Shown here piece after piece: positions 50,201 through 61,788 of a DNA stretch of 64,000 nt (position 1 is its first letter; each line of letters opens with the position of its first letter). The position numbers and the translations under genes were made by a program. The notes beneath the pieces are model-generated. The model worked only from the letters and a program-made list of their open reading frames with translations. It was not told the origin of the DNA and searched no databases. This DNA comes from Felis catus (lineage: Eukaryota), in the NCBI RefSeq assembly GCF_018350175.1, contig NC_058368.1, positions 82,586,001-82,650,000 of the forward strand, in the 5' to 3' direction.

Positions 50201-51070
50201 CTCAACGTTATAAAGGCCATGTATGAAAAACCCACAGGAAACAACCTCAATGGGGAAAAACTGAGATTTTTCTCCTAAGATCAGGAGCAAGACAATGATA
50301 TCCACTCTCCCTACTTTTAATTCACCATAGTAACAAAAGTCCTAGCTATAGCAATCAGACAAGAAAAAGAAATAAAAAGGCATCTAAATTGGTAAGGAAG
50401 AAGTAAAACTTTTAGTATTTGCAGATGGCATGATACTATTTATAGAAAACCCTGAAGACTCTACTAAAAATCTATTACAACTGATAAATGAATTCAGTAA
50501 AGTCACAAAATACAAGATTAATGTACAGAAATCTGCATTCTTTTACAGTAATAATGAAGTAGCAGAAAGAGAAATTAAGACAACAATCCCATTTACAACT
50601 GCACCAAAAATAATGAAATACCTAGGAATAAACTTAGTCAAGGAAGTGAAAGAACTACACTCTGAAAACTATGAAACTGTGAAACATTCATGAAAGAAAC
50701 TGAAGACGACACAAAAAGATGGAAAGACATTCCATGCTCGTGAGCTGGAAGAACCAATACTGTTAAAATGTCCATATTACCCAGAGCAACCTACAGATTT
50801 AATGCAATCCCTGTCAGCATTTTCCACAGAATTAGAACAAATGATCCTAAAATTTGTATGGAACCACAAAGACCCTGAGCAGTCAAAGCAATCTTGAGAA
50901 AGAAGAACAAAGCTGGAGGTATCACAATCTCAGTGATGGTGGGTCCCTCAACTAGACAGTCCCTCCAACTAATGGTGTTGGGAAAATTGGACAGCAACAT
51001 GCATAAGGACAAAGCTGGACCGCCCTCCTCCACCACATACAGAAACAAACTCAAAACAGATTAAAGATCT

Positions 51071-51326
51071 TGGGCACCTGGGGGGCTCAGTTGGTTGAGC
51101 ATCTGACTTTGGCTCAGGTCATGGTCTCACAGTTCGTGAGCTGGAACTGTGAGCTCAGACTTTGTGCTGACAGCTCGGAGCCTGGAGCTGCTTCGGATTC
51201 TATGTCTCCCTCTCTCTCTCTCTCTGCCCCTCCCCTGCTCACACTCTGGCATGTTCTCTCTCTCTCTCTCTCAAAAAGAGAAAAATAAAAATAAGCATTA
51301 AAAAGGTAATAATAATAAATAAAAAC
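51071..51326 (+). mobile_element. Can-SINE nested in L1
   Basis: TSD aaaa..gattaaaga.ct at 51053-51070 and 51327-51344. Confidence 0.93.
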
Positions 51327-51678
51327 AAAATGGATTAAAGACCTAAATGTGAGACTTGAAACCATAAAAATCCTAAAGGAAAACATAGGCAGTAAGTAAC
51401 CTCATGAACATTGGCCGGAGCAACATATTTATGGATATGCCTCCTCAGGCAAGAGAAACAGAAGCAAAAATAACTCCACCAAAATAAAAATCTCATGCAC
51501 AGCAAAGGAAACCACCAACAAAATCAAAAGGCAACCTACTAAATGAGAGAAGATATTTGCAAAGGACATAATCTATAAAGGATTGATATCCAAAATATAT
51601 AAAGAACTTGTACAACGCAACACCAGAAAAATAATAATCTGATTAAAAATAGGAAGAGGACCTCAACAGACAATTTTC

Positions 51679-51888
51679 TTTTTTTTTTTAATTTATCTTT
51701 ATTTTTTTTTTGAGAAACCCTTCATGCAAGCAGGAGAGGGGCAGAAGGAGAGGGAGAGAGAGAATCTCACACAGACTTGGCACTCAGCATGAAGCCCGAC
51801 ATGGGGCTCCATCCCGTGACCCTGAGATCATGACCTGAGCCAAAATCGAGAGTCTGACGTTCAACTGACTAAGCCACCCAGGAGCCCC
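51679..51888 (-). mobile_element. Older Can-SINE nested in L1
   Basis: Reverse SINE ending ccacccaggagcccc; degenerate TSD aa..gaca.ttttc. Confidence 0.92.
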
Positions 51889-53634
51889 TGAATGGACATT
51901 TTTCCAAAGAAGGCACACAGATGGCCAACAGACACATGAAAAGATGCTCAACATCATCATCATCGGGGAAATGCAAATCAAAACCACAATGAGATACCAC
52001 CTCACACCTGTCAGAATGGCTAAACTCAAAAACACAAGAAACAACAAGTGTTGGGGAGGATGTGGAGAAAAGGGACCCTCATGTACTGTTGGTGGGAGTA
52101 CAAAATGGTGCAGCCACTGTGGAAAACGGTGTGGAGGCTCCTCAAAAAATTAAATATAGAATTAACCATATGATCCAGTAATTCCACGACTGGGTATTTA
52201 CCCAAAGAAAATGAAAGCGCTAATTTGAAAAGATATATGCACCCTTATGCTTATTATGGCTTTATTCATATTATGTTATGTTATTCATATAATATATATT
52301 ATATTAACATTATTATATTATGCTATTTACATTACTGTTATACATATATATTACTCAACCATAAAAATGAAAGACATCTTCCCATTTGTGACAACATGGA
52401 TAGAGCTGGAGGTGCAATGCTAAGTGAAATAAGTCAGAGAAAGACAAGTGGCATACAATTTCACTTATATATGGAATCTTAAAAGCAAACAAACAAACAC
52501 CAGACTCACAAATACAGAGGACAAACCAGCGGTTGCCAGAGGGGGTAGGGGTGGGGGTGGGTGGGTGAAACAGACGAAGGGGGTGAGGGGTTATATAAAC
52601 TGCCAGTTATCAAATAAGTAAGTCAGGGAGATGAAAAGTACAGCACAGAGAACTGTAACAACCCTGTATGGTGACAGATGGTGACCACACTTATGGTGAT
52701 GAGCCCTGAGCAATGTGTAGGACTACTGAATCACTATGGTGCACACCTGACACTAACACAGCATTGTGTGCTAATTATACTTCAATCAAATAAAAAAACA
52801 ACTACTAATAGCCTACTGTTGACCAGGAGCCTTACCAACAACACAGACAGTTGATTAACACATGGTTTTTAGGTACATGTGTTACACATTGTGTTCTTAT
52901 AAAGAAGTAGGCCAGAGAAAAGAAAATGTTATTAAGACATAAGGGAAGAGAAAAAAATGAGATCATAAGGGAGAGAAAATACATTTATAGTACTGCACTG
53001 TATTTATTGGAAAAAATCCACGTGTAAGTGGACCCACATAGTTCAAAGATACGTTGTTTGAGGGTCAATTATAATACATAAAATGAAGATTCATAAATGA
53101 TCAGTGTTTATTATAGCAATATTTGTGTTGGCAAAAAAACAAGGAAACAAACATTCAACAATGGAGACTACGACAGATAAAATGCCTTCGACCAGCGCTA
53201 GGCCAGGACGCGAGGCTTCAGACAGTGGGTCGGACCCCTGAGGACATAGGCAGGAAGCTACCGGTGCCCCGAGCAACAGAGGGGCCGGGTGAGGGAGGGG
53301 AGGACAAGGAAAGCGAGTCTAGGAGAAGGCCGCACAGCAACCAAAGTGGTTTTTACAAAGAACTTCCAGAAATACGTAGAAATGTTTGGAGTAAAATTCT
53401 CAAAAGATATATGTAATATAGATGTATATATGTGTGTAGTTAACATCTAATAAACGTGTATGTGCCCACAAGGTATCTCCATAGGAAAAATAAGAATGGA
53501 GGAGAAGTACCTAAACAGAAGAACCGAGATGTTACCCAAACGCTGGCTGTGAAGCCTCTCAGTGGGGGAAGGAGTCTCTTTTTTCTTATTCTTGAAAACC
53601 TAGAACTTAGTTTTTCAAAAACATGCATTATGTT

Positions 53635-53863
53635 GGGGCGCCTGGGTGGCGCAGTCGGTTAAGCGTCCGACTTCAGCCAGGTCACGATCTCACGGTCCGT
53701 GAGTTCGAGCCCCGCGTCAGGCTCTGGGCTGATGGCTCAGAGCCTGGAGCCTGTTTCCGATTCTGTGTCTCCCTCTCTCTCTGACCCTCCCCCGTTCATG
53801 CTCTGTCTCTCTCTGTCCCAAAAATAAATAAACGTTGAAAAAAAAATTTTTTTTGAAAAAAAA
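53635..53863 (+). mobile_element. Young felid Can-SINE
   Basis: Perfect 18-bp TSD aaaaacatgcattatgtt at 53617-53634 and 53864-53881. Confidence 0.97.
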
Positions 53864-54332
53864 AAAAACATGCATTATGTTTATAATTAAGTAGAAGTGC
53901 TTATGAATTTAATAGCCAATAATACCTGTCTTTGATATTAAACACTGACCATGTCCATGTATTATGTGTAATAATAAAGGCAATTTCTGATAGAGTTTAA
54001 ATGTAAAATGAAACATAATTCAGAGCTTTGTGATTAAATGCCCATTTCATTTACCTTAAATCAGAAACTCACCCACAAACCACAGTTAGGCCGGGCCCTT
54101 CACAGTGCAGAAAGTGAATTCCTGGTGAATGGTAGACATGCCAGACCTACCTGCTGAGTTAATCACTTAGTTATTTTCTGTTTAACTCCTGAGCCAGGTG
54201 GGTCCAAATTGTAACACATGCTACAAAATCATCTATCCCATTTATGGGAATACAGTAAGCACATAATCCATAGTAACTAATAATATGCATCATCCCTTTT
54301 AGAAAGCTCTGTGTTTAAAATTAAGAGTTTTA

Positions 54333-55422
54333 GAGGCGCCTTGGGCTGCTAAGTAAGTTGGGTGTCCGACTTCAGCTCAGGTCATGATCTCGTAGTTCGT
54401 GCATTCAAGCCCCATTCTGGGCTCTGTGCAGACAGCTCAGAGCCTGGAGCCTGCTTCAGATTCTGTGTCTCGCTCTCTCTCTGCCTCTCCCCCACTCATT
54501 CTCTCCCTCTCTTACTCTCTTTCTCAAATATAAATAAACATTTAAAAATTAAAAAAAAATTTTTTTTGTTAATGTTTATTCATTTTTGAGAGCAAGACAG
54601 AGACACACAGAACACGAATGGGGGAGGAGCAGAGAGAGAGGGAGACACAGAATCCGAAGCAGGCCCCAGACTCTGAGCTGTCAGCACAGAGCTTGATGTG
54701 GGGCTCGAACTCATGAATGGTGAGATCATGACCTGAGCCGAAGCCGGATGCTTAACTGACTGAGCCTCCCAGGTGCCCCTTAAAAAAATTTTTTTGGGGG
54801 GTGGCCCCTGGGTGGCTCAGTTGGTTAAACGTCTGAGTTTGGCTCAGGTCATGATCTCACGCTCTGTGAGTTCAAGCTCCGCGTCGGGCTCTATGCTGAC
54901 AGCTCAGAGCCTGGGGGCCTGCTTCAGGTTCCGTGTCTCCCTTTCTCTCTGACCCTCCCCCGTTCATGCTCTGTCTCTCTCTGTCTCATAAATAAATAAA
55001 CATTAAAAAACATTTTAAAAACAGATAACTAAAAATTTTAAAATATTAAAAATTTGGGGGGGGGGGCGCCTGGTGGCTCAGTCGGTTAAGTGTCCGACTT
55101 CGGCTCAGGTCATGATCTCACATTTCATGAGTTCAAGCCCCATACTGGGCTCCATGCTGACAGCTCAAGAGCCTGGAGCCTGCTTTGGATTCTGTGTCTC
55201 CGCTCTCTCTGCCCCTAACCCGCTCACACTCTATCTCACTGTCTCTCTCAAAAATAAATTAAAAAAAAAAAAATTTTTTTTAAAGAGTTTTATAAAGATG
55301 GGAGCCTGGGTGGCTCAGTCAGTTGGGTGTCTGGCTCTTGATTTCGGCTTAGGTTATGATCTCACAGTTTATGGGATGGAGCCCTGAGTCTGGCTCTATG
55401 CTGAGCGTGGAGCCTGCTTGGG

Positions 55423-55464
<42 letters not shown>

Positions 55465-55500
55465 CCTCCCCTCTTCAAGTGCTCTCTCAAAATAAACCAG
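54333..55500. mobile_element. Cluster of five abutting Can-SINEs: 54333-54559(+), 54560-54779(-), 54796-55020(+), 55056-55281(+), 55300-55500(+)
   Basis: Five recognisable SINE heads and bodies; shared flank agagtt(t/c)ta at about 54324, 55284 and 55501. Confidence 0.95.
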
Positions 55501-58212
55501 AGAGTTCTATAAATAAATTGTATTCTTTATCTATCTTTGAACAGTTTTAATTACAAAGGAAATATAGATTCATTGCAACCATGCTACAGAAGCATATATG
55601 GACACAGTAAATCATCTTTCCTCCCCTCCAACCCCTCCGCCCCCCCATGCTGCTGAGTTGACCATTTGGTTGGAAAGCCTCCAGGGCTATCTCTGGTCTC
55701 ACAACTGCATAAGGGTTACACACATGGGAGGAGGTAGTTCTGAACTTGTTCACTAAAACGATAAGCTCTTTCTCTTTGCTGTACAATAAATACGTTACTA
55801 CCTGTGGATGTACCTCCATCCTTTTCAGGAATGACACAGTGTTCCACAGGCAGACCGACAGGGATGGGTCCACCCAACTGCTGTCTGGAAACAACCTGCC
55901 GCTGCCGCCGGTGGCCCCGCGTGCGCACCCCCACCACGCCTGGGTTCCTGCCTCTGGGATGGGGGCGCAAGCCAAGCACCAGGGGAACGTTGCTGCCGTG
56001 CCACTGAAACCAGACACACCTGTGCACGTGGGGCTCCTGGGGTCAGGTCCCAGACGCGCCCTGCGGATCCCGTGGCCCCCTCGTGGTTAGCGTGTCCAGT
56101 GTGAGCACGCCGGTTGGTGACAAGCAGGTAGGTCATGAGTGGGCGTCACAGACACTTCCCTCAACTACGTCATTTGTCATTTGCGGTGTCTTGCCATACT
56201 CTCATTTTTAGCTCTCATGTAGTCAAATCTGTCATGGTGTCCTCCTGAGCTCCTCCTTTATTGGTCACTTAGAAAGTTCTCCCACATTCTAGAGGTCACT
56301 CACAATAGTCTCCAAGGGATGCCTGGTATTCTTGTGCTATTTTTTCACATTCTAACCATTAATCCATTCAAATTTACTCTGTGTGGTGTGAGTTAGGATG
56401 ACATTTTTTTCAAGACAGATGGCTAATTAAGCCAACTCCACTTACTAAACTACACAACCCTTCCTTAGTGAACTAAAATACCATCTTCATCATAAATTAG
56501 GCTCCCGGGCATATTCTGACCTCCTCCTGCGTTCTCTGTGATACTTTTTTGTCTATTAGAAACCTAAGAATATCCTGCTGAACATTTTAAAAACCGACCA
56601 CACAGCACATGCAGCAAACACCTCCTCCGTTAGTGAGTCCAGCACTTTCGTTAGTCTCCACGTTACAACTGCTCCCAGCCGCCGACTTACATACAAAGCA
56701 GGCACCCTGCCCTTTGACCTGAATAATGTTTTTTTTTTTTTTCTGGTTTGAAGTCTGGCCTCATCTAATAGAAAACCAACGCTGCAATTTCACATTGATT
56801 CTTTAGTTCATCACAAATTAGGCTTAAGCTGTCTGCTCCGCCCCTTAACATGCATGGTTGCTTGATGAGAGAGGGCTGTCTAGGCAAACCTGGGCTCGTC
56901 CTACTTCCTCTGCCAGCCTCCTGGAGCTCAGGGCTCTGCTGTCCCTGCCAGTGCCAGCCCACATGCCCCATCTGGAGCCTCTACCCCTGCCAACCTGCCC
57001 TCTACTCCCCACGCCTATTTTTAGCTCCTAGAATCTGAGCCTTTGGCTGGCCTGAGCTGTCAATTTTCCATGAATCAAAATAAGTTTAATTCATAGAAAA
57101 CCCTCAATCTCAATTTCTACCATGATGTCTAAGAAACAAAAAGTACTTTGGGCCACCAAGACCTACTGCTGGCCCGACCCTGCCAAACACTGAGGAAGAA
57201 GGCAGGTCCTGGGTAGCCGGGGTCAGGGGGACCAGGAGGCAGAGAGGAGCAAAGAGGGCGGAGGTCAGGCCTGGCAGGGGGGCGGGACAAAGGCCTCGAC
57301 GAGGTCAGAGGGCAAAGGGCCCAGTCAGGGCAGGTGGATACACAAGGGCAGAGAGACTCAAATGTTTTGCACAACCTGAATTAGACACAGAGGAGGCCAA
57401 GAGCTGTGTGTTAAGATAGTAAATGACTGCCTGGAACAGCTAAATCACAGGGAAAGGAGAAGTATCGCACACAAGCCCGAGCACTAGCACAGCCCCTGGT
57501 GCCCTGTGGGGTTTCAATCACAGATGTGACATCTTGGGCCCTGTCTCTTCGTGCTATCCTTCCACGGGGTTTGCAATCTACCCTCATAAACTGCTCTGGG
57601 AATGTCTACATCTCACGTCCCAGAAAAGTGTGTAAGTCTTCCCACGGAGCAGAGGCCGGGCCACCCCCGACCTGGATGCCTACCACAGCCGGGCAGGGCC
57701 TGTCACTCCCCCAGGAGGCTCCCCTCCCACTGAAGGCTGCCCTGGCCCCTCCACTCACATCCCAACCCAGGGTCAGAGGAGACCAGGGTCCTGCAGGGCT
57801 CACACTACCACTGCACTTCCCGGAATAGAGCCGAGCATGATTTTCCCCAAAACAGAGGTTCACAGGGATGGCCCGCACCTAGCCAAACTGCCCTCCCCCG
57901 CTGTCACCTCAGATTGTTGTTGTTGTTGTTGTTTACATTTCCTGAGTTTTTGTTTTGTTTTGTTTCATTCTGTTTCAGGGAAGGAGGAAGAGAGATCCCT
58001 GCAAGACCCCTTCCCAGGCTGGGGAGGGGTCAAAATGCCATCATAGTAACATGGGGATAACAGTGCCTGAGAGAGGCCTGCAGAGCAAGCACCCAGGGGT
58101 GTTCATTCTGAATCTTTTACTCCCATTCAGCCCTCACACCCAACAGAGTTTCAGCAATTAATGTGTGAGCAGGGACCAGTCCCCACTGTACAGGCCTCTC
58201 GGTGCTCCAGCA

Positions 58213-58530
58213 CAGAGTACACCCGCTGAGAGTACACCCGCCAAGGGTACACCCCCTGACAGTATGCCTGCTGAAAGCACACCTGCTGAGAGTACATACA
58301 CTGAGGGTACACCCACTGAGGGTACACCCGGTGAGAGTATACTCGGTGAGAGTACACCCGGTGAGAGTAGACCCGCTGAGGATACACCCACTGAGGGTAC
58401 ACCCGCTGAGAGTACGCCCACTGAGAGTAGACCCACTGAGGGTACACCTGCTGAAAGTCTGCTGGGTGTACACCCACTGGGGGTACTCCCGCTGAGAGTA
58501 CACCTGCTGAGGGTACTCCCACTGAGGGTA
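58213..58530 (+). repeat. 15-bp minisatellite, about 21 copies
   Basis: Unit gag(a/g)gtacaccc(g/a)ct; 16 in-register units, one 11-nt unit, then 4-5 more. Confidence 0.97.
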
Positions 58531-59693
58531 TGGTCAGAGGAGCCACGGAGCTGCAGGTCCATCAGGACATAACGTCACCTCGGGGGCTGCCATCCACAGA
58601 GGGGTGTGGACTCCAACCCCAACAACAACTACTCCACGGGAGCTTATCGCCATCCCCAAACGTCCCCCCAGTAAATCCCCATCTTCCATAAAAATCTGCT
58701 CAGTTATCCGCACACCCAATTTGTCAGAGAGCAGAACTGCAGGTCACAGAGCCAGTGGCAACTGCATGTGTCACCCGACTCCCAGCCAGCCGCCGCGCCC
58801 ATCTCAATCCACTCACAACTTCCAACGGGATCAAAACCCCGAGTTTCCCAGGGGAAACTTCTGGGAAGCCGTCGACCCCTCGGGTCTCTCGGCCGGCTCC
58901 ACTGCAGGCTAAGCCCCTGGCGCCGTGGTATCATATGGAGAAAGGGTTACGTAAACAGCAGGTGCTCTGAGGCACAGGTCATCTGCTTCTTCCCTCCCTT
59001 CACGCCCCAGCCGGGCCATGCTCTTCCTGGTTCCTCCCTGCCCACACCAGGCACCAGGAGCGCTATTCACAGCCTCCTCTGGCCTCCAGTGTTGGATGCA
59101 AAGCTTACCTCCCGTCTGCACCCCAGTCACACTCACACGATCCCAAACCAACAACAGCCCGAGGACACAAGGGTAAAACCAAGCGACATTTACCGTGCAC
59201 TTTGCGTCCACAATCCGGTTCCACCTTCTCCCAAACCAGGCAGCTGGCAAACCTCAACGCTAAAACTGAGCCCTGAGCACCTGACTCTAACTAGTCCTCT
59301 TAACACCTGCCCATGCTCTTGCAGAGCCACCCGTGAGGCTGAAGCCGGGCCCTCAAATCCACTGGACACAGTGCACAACCTCTTTCCGACTTCTAAAGCA
59401 GAGACTGCAGTGGGTCCCACGCACCACGGTGGGGGAGTCCTCCCAGCTTTAAGCATGGGATGACAGCTCTGAATCCACATGGGACATCAGCACGTGGAGC
59501 ATCCTGGCGGCAGGTGCCCCATAAACACACCCTGTGTCTTAGCCACCCACACCCGCAGCAACAGTCCAATCTCGCCCCCAGAAAGGAAGCGTCTGGGGGT
59601 TTTATCCATAACAAAAGACACTCGATGTAGAATAACAATTTTTCATATCCTCACTTTGCTTTCTATATCCTCCAAATCTTCTTCAGTGAGAAA

Positions 59694-59698
59694 ACACA

Positions 59699-59743
<45 letters not shown>
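59694..59743 (+). repeat. (CA)n microsatellite with one interruption
   Basis: Read directly. Confidence 0.97.
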
Positions 59744-59745
<2 letters not shown>

Positions 59746-61139
59746 TATCCAAAAGACACAAAGCCAACAGTTGCTGGAAACCCTCAGAAGACCGGGGTAA
59801 AGTGCACCTGTGCCAGAGACCCTTAGGGTAGGAACAGGGGACAGAAGGCAAGGTGAGCACTGGCCCCTAGGGGCCTCTCCTCCACTTTGGGGGACTACTG
59901 CAGCACGACTTGCACGGTGGTTAGGGTGTCTGGTGCCCTGGGGTGGGCCCCTGTCTAGGGGGGACTGGGAGCCCCTCCTTGTGTTGAGGATGAGATTCCT
60001 GTACTGGGAGGTCAGCCTGCAAGCAGCAGGCTGTGACACACCCACCAGCCTCTAGCCCCAGGCTCCTGGAGGACCCGGAGAGAGCCTCACTGCACAGGGA
60101 CCCACTCCTCCCACCTGGTTCATGGTGTCTGAGGACTGTGAATCCACCCTAAAAGCCTGATCAGCCAGTGGGACCGACCTGAGGTGTCCTGGTGCTAAAA
60201 GACCCCGGGCGCATCAGTGCTTCCCCCATACGGCCCTGGCAAAGCCCTCCAGGGCTCCCCAAAGACACAAATCAGAACTACAACACAGATCGGCAAACTG
60301 GTGATGCTGCAGCTGAGCTGTCACAAAAGCCCAGTGGGCTGGTGACTCTGGGAAAGGGGTGTCACTTTCCACCCCCACACAGAACCCCACCTCCCAACAA
60401 CTCCTCAGGCGAGGCTCAGGGTTTTCAAAGACATTCGTGACAACCTTCCTTTCCAAAATAGCTCCTCACCAACACAAGCTGTTCAAAAAACCCTCCAATG
60501 TAATAGCAGAGTATGTAAAACCTCCATCCAAGGTCAGTAATCAGGGCTCTCCCTACTTGTAATTTGAGCAAAACCAGTATGTCTAGGGGCGCATCAAATC
60601 CCAAGTCGTGGTTCAAAATAGAACATGATCAACTTCAAGTGTCTTCTATTTATGCTGTCCGAGAAGGCACACACTTCACCCCACCCTTTAATTAAAAAAT
60701 GGAGTGTGGCTGTTAGTGGAAGAAACAAAAGCAAAACCCAGATGAGCCCCTCGTGTGGCTGAGCCCGTGGCACTGCCCTGCCCTCTCCTGTAAACCCTGG
60801 CCCTGCGCTCCCCACCGGCACTGACGTCTGGGCCCACCACACAGTCTGCACAGAGACGCCGGGGTCCTCGCCCCAGCCTGGTGACCGCAACTGCTTGTGA
60901 GAGGAACAAAGCACTCCGTCTACACAGGCTTGCTGAGGGCTCCCGAAGAGCTCCTTCCCTGAGCTGCTTAGTGGCCACGGGGAGCTGGCATGTGGCCCAG
61001 GCAGGAGGACCTCCCCAGGGACTGTGCAGAGTTCCTTCCACAGATGACGGTGCTGGGGGCACTGCTGGGTTCTCAGCTGTAAGGGACAGCTCGCCGTGGA
61101 CCAGGGCAGTCACTTCAGACTACATGGGAATGAAACATG

Positions 61140-61260
61140 GGTCTCTGGGCCTGGCCCCAGAGTTCCTGATTCTGTGAGTCTGGGGTGGGGCCCCAACATC
61201 TACACATCCAGCCAGCCCCAGGTGATGCTGCTGGTGTGGGGACCCCACTGGAGAGCCTTG
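61140..61260. mobile_element. MER5A-like hAT-Charlie fragment
   Basis: ctgattctgtgagtctggggtggggccc...ccaggtgatgctgctggtgtggggacc resembles the recalled MER5A consensus. Confidence 0.7.
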
Positions 61261-61407
61261 GCAAAGGGGCAAAAACTTGAAGAGGGGGGTGATGGACATG
61301 ACCCTCTACCTCCAACTCCAAGGGGGCCCAGCAGCCTCCTCTTCCTGTAAGGCAGCAGAGCTGAGGCAGCCCAGCCACAGACTCGGCAGTCAGTACACAG
61401 TATTTCA

Positions 61408-61600
61408 TTTACACTGTTTTTTTTTTTAATGTTTATTTATTTTGAGAGAGAGCGTGTGCACATGAGCAGGGGAGGGGCAGAGAGAGAGGCTCTGAAGAGC
61501 CAAGAAGGCTCTGCACTGTCAGTGAGAAGCCCGACGCAGGGCTCGATCCCACAAACCATGAGATCATGACCTGAGCCGACTGAGCCCCCCCAGGCACCCC
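61408..61600 (-). mobile_element. Can-SINE with a small internal deletion
   Basis: TSD cagt(a/g)cac(a/g)gtatttca at 61391-61407 and 61601-61617. Confidence 0.93.
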
Positions 61601-61676
61601 CAGTGCACGGTATTTCAAAGAGGAACCTCAGTGGGCATGAGACCCACTCCTGGGGGGTAAGGGAGAGTGAGTGTCA

Positions 61677-61788
61677 GGGGGGGCTGGAGGGCAGGGGGCT
61701 AGGGGTCTGGAAGGCAGGGGGCTGGAGAGCAGGGGGCTGGAGGGCTGGAGGGCAGGGGGCAGGAGGGCTGGAGGGCAGGGTGCTGGAG
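61677..61788 (+). repeat. G-rich minisatellite (ggagggcagggggct)n
   Basis: Repeated gggctggagggcagg units with many G3+ runs. Confidence 0.9.

Larger units (their letters stand above)
49810..52799 (+). mobile_element. 5'-truncated older carnivore L1 (RT region to 3' end), degraded
   Basis: Peptides [36 protein letters not shown] and a degenerate FADD motif (tttgcagatggcatg); TSD aactact at 49803-49809 and 52800-52806. Confidence 0.95.
49709..53071 (+). mobile_element. Tigger2a/MER28-like DNA transposon split in two (49709-49809 and 52800-53071) by an L1
   Basis: The left arm ends aacttaactact. The right arm continues aatagcctactgttgacc...gtaagtggacccac...gttgtttgagggtcaa, matching the recalled Tigger2a consensus. 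TA flanks are present. Confidence 0.8.
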
